This document shows, piece after piece, positions 1 to 9,884 of a stretch of DNA of 64,000 nt. A model generated the notes under the pieces. It saw only the letters and a list, made by a program, of their open reading frames with translations, was not told the DNA's origin and ran no database searches. The position numbers were made by a program, and so were the translations under genes. Numbering within the stretch: position 1 is the first letter of the stretch; every line of letters begins with the position of its first letter. The DNA is from Candidatus Omnitrophota bacterium (GTDB taxonomy: Bacteria > Omnitrophota > Gorgyraeia > Zapsychrales > Fredricksoniimonadaceae): NCBI GenBank assembly GCA_015233335.1, contig JADFXX010000002.1, positions 64,891 through 128,890 on the forward strand, written 5' to 3'.

Positions 1-40
1 TGGATTTTTTCCCTTTATTCTTAACCATGGAGGTTCAAAG

Positions 41-1366
41 TCACTTGTGCTGGAATTTACGGTCGATTTTAATGCCTTTAATGACATTGACCGCGCTCTG
101 CAACTGGTTATCTTCTTCGTCTTTCTTCTTAATTTCTAGCTGTTTTTTCTCGTCTTTAGACATAGCTTCATTCTTGTCATCTTTATGTTCAACATCAGAA
201 AAAATAGTATCTAAGTCTTTATCAGACGCTTTATTGCTTTTAGTGTCCCCCTTGTGTTTATCTTCCCCGGCTTTAACCTCTTCAACCAGCACATCCGGAG
301 TGATCCCCACACCGTTAATACAAACTCCCGACGGAGTAAAATATCTGGCCGTAGTCAAACGCAAACCGGATCCGTCAGGCATAGGAATAACCGACTGCAC
401 CGAACCTTTTCCAAATGATTTAGTCCCCACCGTCACGGCCCTCTTGTTATCCCTCAAGGCTCCGGCTACGATCTCACTGCCGGAAGCGCTGCCTTGATTG
501 ATCATCACCGCCATCGGCCATTCTAAGAAATCACCATGAGTGTTTTCAGACTTGTCTATGGAATCCTGCGGCGCGTGGCGTCCTTTGGTCGAAACAATAG
601 TCTCTCCCGCAGGCAAGAAATCTTCCGCGATTTTGATGGCCACATCCAGAAGCCCACCGGGGTTATTACGCAGGTCCAACACCAGGCTGTCTGCCCCTTG
701 GGCCTTCAGTTTTTCCAAAGCCGCATGCAATTCTCCGTATGAATTCTCACGAAATTCCGTCAAGCGTACATAGCCGATATGGTCGTCCATGATATGAGGA
801 TCTTTGACATCCTGCACATGAATGATTTCACGGGTAATAGGAAAATCTTTGACCATATCTTCACTTTCCCGCAAAATGGTGATCACCACTCTGGTGCCGG
901 GGTCTCCGCGCAATTTCTTAACCGCATCATCTAAGGTCATGTCCCGAGTCGTATCCTTGCCGATCTTGACTATACGATCCCCCGCTTTAATTCCGACACG
1001 CCAAGCCGGTGTATCTTCGACCGGGGCAATGACCGTCAATAAATTATCCTTGATCGTAATCTCGACGCCAAGTCCGCCGAACTTGCCCTGGGTTTCAGTT
1101 TTTAAATCTTTGTATTCATCAGGATCCATAAACTGGCTGTGCGGGTCAAGCGAAGAGAGCATCCCCTTAAGTGCTCCATAGATCAAATCCTGGGGAGACT
1201 TCTTTTCCACATATTCCGATTGGATGGTGGTCAGAGCATAACTAAAAAGCTCCACTTTCGTGTAGAGATCACTTGCAGCACGAACAGTAACCGGCGCAAT
1301 ACCGATGGTCGTTAAACCAAGCAGAGCAGCAAGGATTATGCCCCAAACGAATTTCTCTTTAGACAT
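41..1366 (-). CDS. ctpA: Carboxy-terminal processing protease (peptidase S41) with PDZ domain
   Basis: 441-aa ORF with an N-terminal signal/TM segment. PDZ-like GLGVEITIKD...AGDRIVKI. S41 catalytic region GSASGSEIVAGAL and SFGKGSVQ. Has a charged Lys/Asp/Glu C-terminal tail of about 85 aa. Confidence 0.88.
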   Translation of the reverse strand: MSKEKFVWGIILAALLGLTTIGIAPVTVRAASDLYTKVELFSYALTTIQSEYVEKKSPQDLIYGALKGMLSSLDPHSQFMDPDEYKDLKTETQGKFGGLGVEITIKDNLLTVIAPVEDTPAWRVGIKAGDRIVKIGKDTTRDMTLDDAVKKLRGDPGTRVVITILRESEDMVKDFPITREIIHVQDVKDPHIMDDHIGYVRLTEFRENSYGELHAALEKLKAQGADSLVLDLRNNPGGLLDVAIKIAEDFLPAGETIVSTKGRHAPQDSIDKSENTHGDFLEWPMAVMINQGSASGSEIVAGALRDNKRAVTVGTKSFGKGSVQSVIPMPDGSGLRLTTARYFTPSGVCINGVGITPDVLVEEVKAGEDKHKGDTKSNKASDKDLDTIFSDVEHKDDKNEAMSKDEKKQLEIKKKDEEDNQLQSAVNVIKGIKIDRKFQHK

Positions 1367-2795
1367 CAGCGATTCTCCTGGTGATCAATTCATTCAGTTT
1401 TTTAGGGTTGGCACGGCCGCCGGATTTCTTCATAGCCTGTCCCACTAAGAATCCAGCGGCTTGAGGCTTGCCTGACTTGATTTGCTCGACTACTGTCGGA
1501 TTTTGCGCGATCACTTCATCGATGATCTCAAACAAAGCGGAATCATCCGAAACTTGAGCTAATCCTTTGTCTTTAATAATCTCATCCGCTGTCTTGCCCC
1601 CATTGAGCATGGCGGTCAAAACATCTTTACCTGCCAAATTGCTAACTAAGCCCTCTTCGACCCGGGCAATTAAAGCCACCAGTCCTTGGGGAGTTATTTT
1701 TAATTCATTAATTGAAATTTTACGGTCATTAAGTTCCATTAGCACAGGACCCGCCATCCAATTAGCTATCTTTTTAGCATGAGGATATTCTTTAACTGCG
1801 GCCTCAAAGAAATCAGCAATGCCGCGGTCAGCGACAAGCATATTGGCATCGTATTCAGAAAGACCGTATTGGCTTAAAAAACGTAAAAATTTATCCTGCG
1901 GAAGTTCCGGCAATTGCTTACGCACTTGCTCGATCACACTTTGATCAATGGCAAAAGGCACCAGATCAGGATCAGGGAAATACCTGTAATCATGCGCCTG
2001 CTCTTTAGAACGCATGGTGATGGTCATAGCTTTCTCGTCATTCCATAACAAAGTTTCCTGAAAGATTTTACCTCCCGAGGTGATCGTCTGTTCGTGGCGT
2101 CTGACCTCATATTCCAAAGCCATCTTGACCGCACGAAATGAGTTCATGTTTTTTAATTCCGTCTTAGTACCCAAAGCACTCTGACCTATCGGACGTATAG
2201 ACACGTTCGCATCACAACGCAAACTTCCTTTTTCCATATCACAATCTGAAACACCCAGATACTGCAATGTTAGCTTTAAAGTATTGAGATAATCATAAGC
2301 TTCCTGGGGTGAACGCAGATCCGGCTCAGTCACAATTTCGATCAAAGGCGTGCCGGTACGGTTATAATCAACCAATGAACATCCAAACATGTTATCATGA
2401 ACCAGCTTCCCTGCATCCTCTTCTAAGTGGGCACGCTTAATGCCGATCCGTTTTTCCTGGCCACCACTTTTAATTTTCAAAAATCCATCTTTCGCAACAG
2501 GATAATCGTACTGAGAAATTTGATAACCTTTAGGAAGATCAGGATAATAATAATTCTTACGGTCAAACTTAATAAAAGGGTTAATCTGGGCATTAAGAGC
2601 CAAACCCGCTGTAATGCCGTAAAGCAGAGCCTGATGATTTAATACCGGCAAGCTGCCGGGCAGGCCCAAACATACCGGGCAGACATTGGTATTAGGGGGA
2701 CAGCCGTATTGATTGGCACAAGAACAAAAAATTTTAGTTTTCGTGCTTAACTGTAAATGAACTTCAAGTCCTATAACGGTCTCAAATTGGCTCAT
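1359..2795 (-). CDS. gatB: Asp/Glu-tRNA amidotransferase subunit B
   Basis: 478 aa. N-terminus MSQFETVIGLEVHLQL...FCSC is typical of GatB, with a GatB/YqeY-like C-terminal domain. Lies directly after gatA. Confidence 0.95.
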   Translation of the reverse strand: MSQFETVIGLEVHLQLSTKTKIFCSCANQYGCPPNTNVCPVCLGLPGSLPVLNHQALLYGITAGLALNAQINPFIKFDRKNYYYPDLPKGYQISQYDYPVAKDGFLKIKSGGQEKRIGIKRAHLEEDAGKLVHDNMFGCSLVDYNRTGTPLIEIVTEPDLRSPQEAYDYLNTLKLTLQYLGVSDCDMEKGSLRCDANVSIRPIGQSALGTKTELKNMNSFRAVKMALEYEVRRHEQTITSGGKIFQETLLWNDEKAMTITMRSKEQAHDYRYFPDPDLVPFAIDQSVIEQVRKQLPELPQDKFLRFLSQYGLSEYDANMLVADRGIADFFEAAVKEYPHAKKIANWMAGPVLMELNDRKISINELKITPQGLVALIARVEEGLVSNLAGKDVLTAMLNGGKTADEIIKDKGLAQVSDDSALFEIIDEVIAQNPTVVEQIKSGKPQAAGFLVGQAMKKSGGRANPKKLNELITRRIADV

Positions 2796-2796
2796 A

Positions 2797-4224
2797 TTAT
2801 AAATTCGGCTTTTTCAAATGCCATTGTGTGTTTTGCTCATAGGTGTACGAAATCCTTAAAAGCATTTCTTCGTCAAAAGCTTTGCCCATCAACTGCAAAC
2901 CAATCGGCAAACCGCTTTTAGAAAATCCGCAAGGAATAGAGATCGACGGAATACCTGCCAAATTGGCTGGAATCGTATAAATATCAGACAAATACATCGA
3001 CAAAGGATCGCTGATCTTCTCCCCGACTTTAAAGGCAACCGTCGGGCAGGTTGGGGTCAGGATCACATCGCACTTTTTGAATACTTCATCCAGATCATTT
3101 TTAATCAGCGTCCTCACCTTCTGAGCGCGCAAATAATAAGCATCATAATAACCGGACGATAACACATAGGTGCCAAGCATAATACGGCGCTTGGCCTCAT
3201 CCCCAAACCCTTTGGCACGGGTTTCTTCGTACATATCAACCAGAGCGTTTTTACGCAGACCGGCAGGCCGAGCTCGCAGGCCATAACGCACCCCGTCGAA
3301 ACGCGCTAAATTAGAACTGGCCTCAGCGGTCGCCACGATATAATAAGTCGCCACAGCATAAGGCGTATGCGGCAGGGACACTTCATGGACCACACCCCCA
3401 AGTTTTTTGAGTAGATCCACGGCATTTTCGAGCGACCGGCGAACTTCGGCATCCAGTCCGTCAGCAAACGCTTCTTTCGGAATGCCGATTTTTAAACCCT
3501 TCACATCATTGACCAGGGCTTTGGTATAATCCGGTACAGGCCGATTGACTGACGTTGAATCACGTTCATCATAGCCCGAAATGATATTCATCAATAAAGC
3601 GCAATCCCTCACATCACGGGTCAAAGGGCCTACTTGATCCAAACTCGATGCAAATGCGATCAGGCCATAACGCGAAACACGGCCATAGGTAGGTTTCAAT
3701 CCAACGATACCGCAAAAAGACGCCGGCTGACGGATAGAACCGCCGGTATCCGAGCCCAATGCCCATGTCGCTTCAAGAGCGGCCACTGCCGCCGCGCTGC
3801 CGCCGCTTGAGCCGCCGGGAACGCAAGCCAAATCCCACGGATTATAGGAAGGCCCATAACAAGAAGATTCACAGGATGAACCAAAGGCAAATTCATCCAT
3901 ATTAGCAATACCTAAAATAGTGCCGCCGCTTTTTTTGATCTTTTCTATAATCCCGGCATCATAGGGGGGATGGAAACCTTTTAAAATATGCGAAGCACAA
4001 GTAATTTCTTCTCCCTTGACACATAAAATATCTTTAACAGCAATAGGTATTTGGAATTCCCCCGAATAATCAGGCTGTTGGCTCACCAAGCGCACATAAG
4101 CTTTGACCTTCGGTTCAACGGCTTTGATACGATTCAATACATCCTCGTAAGCTTCTTTGGGAGAAGCTTTACCGGATTTATATAAATCCATTAAAGCATG
4201 AGCGGTCAATGAGTGTAGGTTCAT
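2797..4224 (-). CDS. gatA: Asp/Glu-tRNA amidotransferase subunit A
   Basis: 475 aa. Amidase signature [12 protein letters not shown]. Overlaps gatC by 4 nt. Confidence 0.95.
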   Translation of the reverse strand: MNLHSLTAHALMDLYKSGKASPKEAYEDVLNRIKAVEPKVKAYVRLVSQQPDYSGEFQIPIAVKDILCVKGEEITCASHILKGFHPPYDAGIIEKIKKSGGTILGIANMDEFAFGSSCESSCYGPSYNPWDLACVPGGSSGGSAAAVAALEATWALGSDTGGSIRQPASFCGIVGLKPTYGRVSRYGLIAFASSLDQVGPLTRDVRDCALLMNIISGYDERDSTSVNRPVPDYTKALVNDVKGLKIGIPKEAFADGLDAEVRRSLENAVDLLKKLGGVVHEVSLPHTPYAVATYYIVATAEASSNLARFDGVRYGLRARPAGLRKNALVDMYEETRAKGFGDEAKRRIMLGTYVLSSGYYDAYYLRAQKVRTLIKNDLDEVFKKCDVILTPTCPTVAFKVGEKISDPLSMYLSDIYTIPANLAGIPSISIPCGFSKSGLPIGLQLMGKAFDEEMLLRISYTYEQNTQWHLKKPNL

Positions 4225-4508
4225 TCGATGACTAAAGGCACTTTAAAACAGCCGTCTTTGGCCTCAACGGCAACGGACAGGGCTTGATTGTGGGTTAATG
4301 AAGCTTTAACCACATCCTGACGGAAAACATTCCCTACAGGCACAGCATGACTGGTGGGTTTGACATGCTCTACGTCAAGCTTTTGCAATTGCTCCACGTA
4401 ATGGACAATATCCCCCAAATTCCTGGTAAAGCCCTCGAGCTTATCTTCAGGCACATCCATCCGTGCTAAAGCAGCAACATATTTAACATCTTCCTTGGAA
4501 ATAGACAT
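4221..4508 (-). CDS. gatC: Asp/Glu-tRNA amidotransferase subunit C
   Basis: About 95 aa from the ATG at 4508; the track ORF begins at a TTG at 4544. [17 protein letters not shown]... is typical of GatC, and the gatCAB order fits. Confidence 0.85.
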   Translation of the reverse strand: MSISKEDVKYVAALARMDVPEDKLEGFTRNLGDIVHYVEQLQKLDVEHVKPTSHAVPVGNVFRQDVVKASLTHNQALSVAVEAKDGCFKVPLVIE

Positions 4509-4552
4509 AGGCAAAATACTATCATCAAAGACAATGAAAAACAAGGGTTAGA

Positions 4553-6805
4553 TTAACTACGAAAAAAGTCCCAATCCCAATAAAAAGGAGTGAAATATTT
4601 GGTCGATAAAATCAATAGATCCATCCTTATCACGGAAAGAAGATAGGTATAATCATCTGTCCATGGCCGAATTTTCTTATTTTGAAAACTATCAGGCCTC
4701 ATCTCTATCCAGGCAAGTTTTGAAATAAGCATACCCCTGACATCTTTGTCCCATGTTATAGCCCCCCACAAAGATCTGAGACATCCGTCTTTTTCTTCTT
4801 TATTCTGATTCATTAATGAATACGCCCCGATATAAGAAGCGTTTTTAGATAAAATAGGCGCTAAATCAATGAGTTGATTGGATATATGAAATAAAATAAA
4901 TCCATTTTTCTTAAGACATCTTCTATATTCAAGCATCGCGTCAGTCGTTAAAAGATGAACCGGGACATAATCACCGCTAAAAGCATCAACGATCAATAGA
5001 TCATAAGTCTGATCAGGCACGCCCTTTAGAGAATTTCTTGCGTCTCCGATGACAATATTCGTTTTTGCTTTTGAGTGATCGATGTACGTAAATAAATTTT
5101 TTGCAATCCAATAAACATCCTTATCTATTTCAAAAAAATCAATAACCTCCTGATCCTTACCGTAAGCAGCTATGGTCCCAACCCCTAATCCAATGACGCC
5201 GACATGATCAAAATTGAAATTGCCGCTTCCTAAAACCTTGCCCAGAGGAGTATTTTCATGAAAATACGCCAAGGGAACATTTTGTTTCTCTTTTGAAATA
5301 TACTGCATTCCATGTATCGTAATCCCACTGTCCAATTCAAAAAATTCTTTATTGGCATAAACCCTATAGATGCCGTAATAATTCCTTTGTATAAAGAAAT
5401 TTATGGCTTGGGTTTTCCAGCTGTTATCGACAAAAAAGGCCAAACAAAACACAGCAGCTAAGCATAACGAAATCGAACGTAAATTTGTTTTTAAGTTAGT
5501 AAAAATAAATTTCACCGCAAAAAATAAGAAAAGTATCCCAAAAAAGTTGTACCTTTTAAAAACAAGCGGCCAAAGAAAAATAAGCAGCAAGAGATAAACA
5601 ACTTGACGCATATGATAAAAGCTGATCTTGCCCCTTTCCCCCTGAAAAAGATACACCGCCGATACTATCCACAGCCCAAATAAGTATTCATAGGTAGAAG
5701 GGAACACAACAGGCGCAATCCATGTGACAAAAAAGCTCCCCGCAAAGCCGCCGAATGCAATTAAAAGATAAAAAACAGTCAGCCCTGAATTGTCTTTAGG
5801 CCTGCTCATGTAGAGCTGATACTGGCAATGCATACAAATGGCAAACAAACAAATAAGGTTGGCCGCAATCGTTAAAAGAGGCGGGAAAAAGCCCTTTATC
5901 GTAAAAAAATAAACCAGGACCCCGAAACCAAAAACCAGATAAAACTTATCCTTAATCCATGATGGACACAACGGTCTTTCTCTAAAGGTCAAAACAAAAG
6001 ATATTAAATAAATACACAACGGTATCATCCAAAGCAGCGGGCAAGGCGCGATTTGATAGGTAATAATATTGGTAACTGAAAGAAACGCCATGCAGCCGGC
6101 TGCGGATAAAAGCACCCACATGAGCTTTATGCCAAAAAAATCACTGTGCGCTATTTGATTTACAAATAGACCCGTGAAAGAAAAATAAAATTTTGGCAAC
6201 GCTTTATCGGAACAGGCAATGGATTTAAATGCCAGCAAATAAAACAAAATAAACACGATATAGCAAAACCGCCAAATCAGCAGCTGTTCTTGCAAACCAA
6301 AATGGGCCTCAAAAATAAAAGGATAGGTCAATAAACCTAAAAACGAACCCGCATTGGAAACGGCATAGAGTATATAAGGATTGTCGCGTTCTCGAAGCTC
6401 ACTTGAGGCAAGCCAGCTTTGAGAAATGACACTTATAGTGGAGAGTACAAAAAAAACCAAACCGACACTTGAGATCAACTGGATGAATATATCGGCCACT
6501 AGGGGAATATTATTATGAGCAAAAATAGGAGGCAAATTCCTCCCGGGAAATACAATCAAAGGCAGTAAAATCAAGATCAAATGAAAATAACGGTAGCGAA
6601 AAATTCCGAATATTTGAGCGACAAGATGAGAATACAAATAACTCAAAAGCAGGACGCACTGAAAAAATACGACACAGCCACCCCACACCAAATAGCTGCC
6701 GCCAAATTTAGGAAGAAAGATCTTTGCTGTTATTAGTTCTATCTGGAAAAGTAAAAAAGCTGATAGAAAATTAACAATATAGAGAGTATGAATTTTCTTC
6801 AACAT
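4553..6805 (-). CDS. Polytopic membrane protein fused to a spermidine-synthase-like (class I methyltransferase fold) domain
   Basis: 750 aa. About 480 aa of repeated hydrophobic helices, then VIGLGVGTIAAYG...EIDKDV...LLIVDAFSGDYVPVHLLT, which resembles the aminopropyltransferase/SpeE fold. GLGVG replaces the canonical GGGDG. Confidence 0.65.
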   Translation of the reverse strand: MLKKIHTLYIVNFLSAFLLFQIELITAKIFLPKFGGSYLVWGGCVVFFQCVLLLSYLYSHLVAQIFGIFRYRYFHLILILLPLIVFPGRNLPPIFAHNNIPLVADIFIQLISSVGLVFFVLSTISVISQSWLASSELRERDNPYILYAVSNAGSFLGLLTYPFIFEAHFGLQEQLLIWRFCYIVFILFYLLAFKSIACSDKALPKFYFSFTGLFVNQIAHSDFFGIKLMWVLLSAAGCMAFLSVTNIITYQIAPCPLLWMIPLCIYLISFVLTFRERPLCPSWIKDKFYLVFGFGVLVYFFTIKGFFPPLLTIAANLICLFAICMHCQYQLYMSRPKDNSGLTVFYLLIAFGGFAGSFFVTWIAPVVFPSTYEYLFGLWIVSAVYLFQGERGKISFYHMRQVVYLLLLIFLWPLVFKRYNFFGILFLFFAVKFIFTNLKTNLRSISLCLAAVFCLAFFVDNSWKTQAINFFIQRNYYGIYRVYANKEFFELDSGITIHGMQYISKEKQNVPLAYFHENTPLGKVLGSGNFNFDHVGVIGLGVGTIAAYGKDQEVIDFFEIDKDVYWIAKNLFTYIDHSKAKTNIVIGDARNSLKGVPDQTYDLLIVDAFSGDYVPVHLLTTDAMLEYRRCLKKNGFILFHISNQLIDLAPILSKNASYIGAYSLMNQNKEEKDGCLRSLWGAITWDKDVRGMLISKLAWIEMRPDSFQNKKIRPWTDDYTYLLSVIRMDLLILSTKYFTPFYWDWDFFRS

Positions 6806-7182
6806 GTCAGTTTTTCTCTTAAATCATCCGGAATAGGGGTTGGTCTAAATTCGCCATTTAGACAAACCAAGGAAACCTCCGCCTCAATGATAAGCCTGCC
6901 GTCCTTCTTATCATGGACGGTCTGCTCAAAAATCAATTGTGAAGCTCCGATCTTCTTTAATTTAGCATCACAAATGAGTATATCCCCATAGCGTGCCGGA
7001 GAACGATAGCTCACATTGCATTGACGAACTACAAACACAAATCCGCGCTCATGAAAAAGCTCAACACTCAAACCCCTGTTTTCCAAAAATTCCGTACGCG
7101 CCTCTTCAAGATAACACAAATACTGGCCGTAATAAACAATCCCTCCGGAATCCGTATCATAGTAGAAAACCCGTTTTTCCAT
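6799..7182 (-). CDS. 4HBT/YbgC-family acyl-CoA thioesterase
   Basis: Hotdog-fold N-terminal motif VFYYDTDSGGIVYYGQY. ATG at 7182 is preceded by GGAGG at 5-nt spacing; the track ORF starts at a TTG at 7212. Confidence 0.8.
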   Translation of the reverse strand: MEKRVFYYDTDSGGIVYYGQYLCYLEEARTEFLENRGLSVELFHERGFVFVVRQCNVSYRSPARYGDILICDAKLKKIGASQLIFEQTVHDKKDGRLIIEAEVSLVCLNGEFRPTPIPDDLREKLTC

Positions 7183-7252
7183 TTGAACCTCCAGCTGACC
7201 CTCCCTCCCCAAGAGATCCTATCATCCATAAAGAAGAAGGAATTAAAAAAAA

Positions 7253-8038
7253 TTATAACATAATCCCATTGCAAAGGTTGATGTAATTTGACAAAGTTAA
7301 GTTTTCAGGACGGGCATTTAACGGGATGCCCAAAATCTTAAGAACATCTTCCAACTGTTCACGGTCTACTAATCCTTTAAGAGCATTTACAATTGTTTTA
7401 CGCCGCTGTTGGAAGGCTGTTTGAATGAATTTGAATAAGAATTCATCGTCACGCGCGGGTGTTTGGGGCCAAGGCCTCATCATCAGACGCATAAAGCAGG
7501 AATTGACTTGCGGAACCGGCCTAAAACAGGTGTTCTTGATCTTAAAAAGCATTTTAATATCCGAGCTATACTGTGCAAAACAGCTTAGGGACCCATAGTC
7601 TTTACCGCCCGCACGAGCCGCCAGCCTCTCCCCGAATTCCAGCTGTACCGTCAGAAAAGCCGTGGCGATCTTGGTTTTGTGTTCGATCAATTTTTCAATA
7701 ATAGGGGTCGAAATATAATACGGAATATTACCGATCACTTTGATGCCGTCAGCTAAAGGACTCATGTCCCATTTAAGAAAGTCCGCGTGAATAATTTCCA
7801 CACAAGAAGGCAAGTTTATGCGTAAAGGTTGTATTAGGTCACGGTCAGTCTCCACACAAATAAGCTTTTTAACCCTTGGAGTCATGAGCTTCGTCAAAAC
7901 ACCCTGACCAGGACCAATTTCTACCACCACATCTTCACGATCAAGCTCACAAGCTTCAATGATTTTCTGCTGAATCCGGGTGTCGATCAGAAAGTTTTGG
8001 CCTAATTCTTTTTTAGGATGATGGGATCTTTGAGACAC
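7253..8038 (-). CDS. rsmA: 16S rRNA (adenine1518/1519-N6)-dimethyltransferase
   Basis: 261 aa. Has the KKELGQNFL motif and VVEIGPGQG SAM site. Conserved surA-pdxA-rsmA synteny. Confidence 0.93.
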   Translation of the reverse strand: MSQRSHHPKKELGQNFLIDTRIQQKIIEACELDREDVVVEIGPGQGVLTKLMTPRVKKLICVETDRDLIQPLRINLPSCVEIIHADFLKWDMSPLADGIKVIGNIPYYISTPIIEKLIEHKTKIATAFLTVQLEFGERLAARAGGKDYGSLSCFAQYSSDIKMLFKIKNTCFRPVPQVNSCFMRLMMRPWPQTPARDDEFLFKFIQTAFQQRRKTIVNALKGLVDREQLEDVLKILGIPLNARPENLTLSNYINLCNGIML

Positions 8039-8041
8039 TAT

Positions 8042-8941
8042 TTAACTAAGCTCACAGGCGAGTTTGATGGCGGCCGTCATAGATGATGGGTCAGCCTTAT
8101 TTTTTCCGGCAATATTAAAGGCCGTGCCATGGGCCGGGGATGTCCGAACAAAAGGTAAACCAGCGGTCAAATTTACCAAATCTTTCATGTACACAGCCTT
8201 AAGAGGTGCCAGTCCTTGATCGTGGTACATGGCAATAATACCGTCATAAGGACATGTCTGGAAGGCAAAAAAGGTGTCTGCCGGCAACGGTCCAATGGTG
8301 TTAATACCACAAGCTCTAGCCTTACGGATGGCAGGCAAAATATACTTAATATCTTCACTGCCTAAAAGCCCTCCTTCTCCCGCATGCGGATTTAACCCCA
8401 AAACAGCAATTTTAGGACTTCTGACCCTAAACCTCTTCTTTAATGTTTGGGCCATCAAAATAATAGAATCAAACACCACAGGAACTGAAATTAAATCCGG
8501 TACATTTCTTAAAGGCACATGACGGGTCAAAATTGTTAAACGGACATAGGGGGCAATAAACATCATATCAAAACGTCGGACACCGAAAGCCTGGGCCAAG
8601 TACTCCGTATGCCCCACGAAACCTTTATGGTATAGGCTGACAGCCTCTTTGGAGACAGGCGCTGTCACCAAAGCGTCCACTGTTTTCTCTTTGATCAAAG
8701 CAACAGCTCGGTCCAAAAATTTAAGTGAACCCTCCCCTGCGGTTTCATAAGGCACCTCTAGTACTTGGACTAAAGAAGGGACACGGCCTAAAATCTTTTT
8801 GTTCCCAATAACTATAAAACGACCTTGGCCGAGCAAAGATTTCTTCGACAAGGCACGACGAATCACCTCAGGTCCAATTCCCCTGGGGTCTCCCATGGTG
8901 ATGGCAATAGAAGGAAGGGCTCTCTTATTTGATTTCAACAT
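8042..8941 (-). CDS. pdxA: 4-hydroxythreonine-4-phosphate dehydrogenase
   Basis: Motifs ITMGDPRGIGPEV, GHTEYLA and GLNPHAGEGG. The ATG at 8941 gives a canonical N-terminus; the longer track ORF reaches 9001 and overlaps surA. Confidence 0.9.
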   Translation of the reverse strand: MLKSNKRALPSIAITMGDPRGIGPEVIRRALSKKSLLGQGRFIVIGNKKILGRVPSLVQVLEVPYETAGEGSLKFLDRAVALIKEKTVDALVTAPVSKEAVSLYHKGFVGHTEYLAQAFGVRRFDMMFIAPYVRLTILTRHVPLRNVPDLISVPVVFDSIILMAQTLKKRFRVRSPKIAVLGLNPHAGEGGLLGSEDIKYILPAIRKARACGINTIGPLPADTFFAFQTCPYDGIIAMYHDQGLAPLKAVYMKDLVNLTAGLPFVRTSPAHGTAFNIAGKNKADPSSMTAAIKLACELS

Positions 8942-9884
8942 AGGCCTTCTTACGCAAGAGATCGACCCACTCTTTGAACTTGGACTGAAACTGAGCATCA
9001 AACAGTTTGTTATAAATCTGGTCTTTGACTTCTTTCAAGGTCTGCAGCTTGCCCGGTAAAATCCCAATTGCTTTAAAAACATATATACCATTCTCGACTT
9101 CCACAGGCAAAGAAACTTCTTCGAGCTTCAAATTAAATACGACATTCTCAATGGCATCCACCATCTGCCCTTGTTCAATCTCTCCGACTGATGCGGCATC
9201 GGAATATTCCTTAAAAATTTTAGAAAAATCCTCTCCCGCGATCATGCGCGCTCGTGCCTCATCGGCACGGTTATGGGCCTCTTGCTTATTGTGCTTTTCA
9301 AAAGAAACAAAAACCGACTGCAAATTCATTCGCGTCTTACGTTCAAACTCATTCATGTGCTTATTGTAATACTCAGTAACATTCTGGGGATTAACAAAAA
9401 TCTTATCGCGCACTTGAAAATCCACAATATATTTGACCTTCAACTGGTCGATCAATTTCTTTCTTAAGTCGCTAACAGACAAACCTTCTACGCTGATAGC
9501 CTGTAAAAATTCATCTTCACTGGCGTAACGGTCCTTGATCTCTTTGATGCGCCGATCAACCACTTCTTCGCGTATGATCATCTCCTTTTCGTTAGCCGCA
9601 GCCAGGATCAATTTATCTTCAATGAGCTTATCCAGCCCCTTTTGCTCATAATCCCCCATGATCTCCTTGATCTCTTCAGGAGATTTATTCTCAATCTTCA
9701 ACTGACTATAAATACTGGCTACATATTGGCGCAGATCTTTCAAGGTGATCACATCATCATTGACAATGGCAATAATGCCATCACTGGGAAGATCTCGGGC
9801 GCCCGCAGGAACCGCAAAAGCCAAAAAACAAAAGAGCGTAACGAACAATAACCCCTCAATCCTATTTCGTTTAAGTCGTATCAT
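8925..9884 (-). CDS. surA: SurA-like periplasmic chaperone / parvulin-type peptidyl-prolyl isomerase
   Basis: 319 aa. Signal peptide LFVTLFCFLAFAVPAGA, a SurA_N-like helical region, and one degenerate parvulin domain. Sits upstream of pdxA-rsmA. Confidence 0.75.
   Translation of the reverse strand: MIRLKRNRIEGLLFVTLFCFLAFAVPAGARDLPSDGIIAIVNDDVITLKDLRQYVASIYSQLKIENKSPEEIKEIMGDYEQKGLDKLIEDKLILAAANEKEMIIREEVVDRRIKEIKDRYASEDEFLQAISVEGLSVSDLRKKLIDQLKVKYIVDFQVRDKIFVNPQNVTEYYNKHMNEFERKTRMNLQSVFVSFEKHNKQEAHNRADEARARMIAGEDFSKIFKEYSDAASVGEIEQGQMVDAIENVVFNLKLEEVSLPVEVENGIYVFKAIGILPGKLQTLKEVKDQIYNKLFDAQFQSKFKEWVDLLRKKAYVEIK

Noticed and set aside
27-497. A 156-aa plus-strand ORF. Similar ORFs lie at 38254-38685, 13681-14055, 822-1181 and 24635-24967.
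   Set aside because: All are antisense to strongly supported minus-strand genes (ctp, exbB, secDF, recA). They have biased Ser/Leu/Pro composition and no start context.
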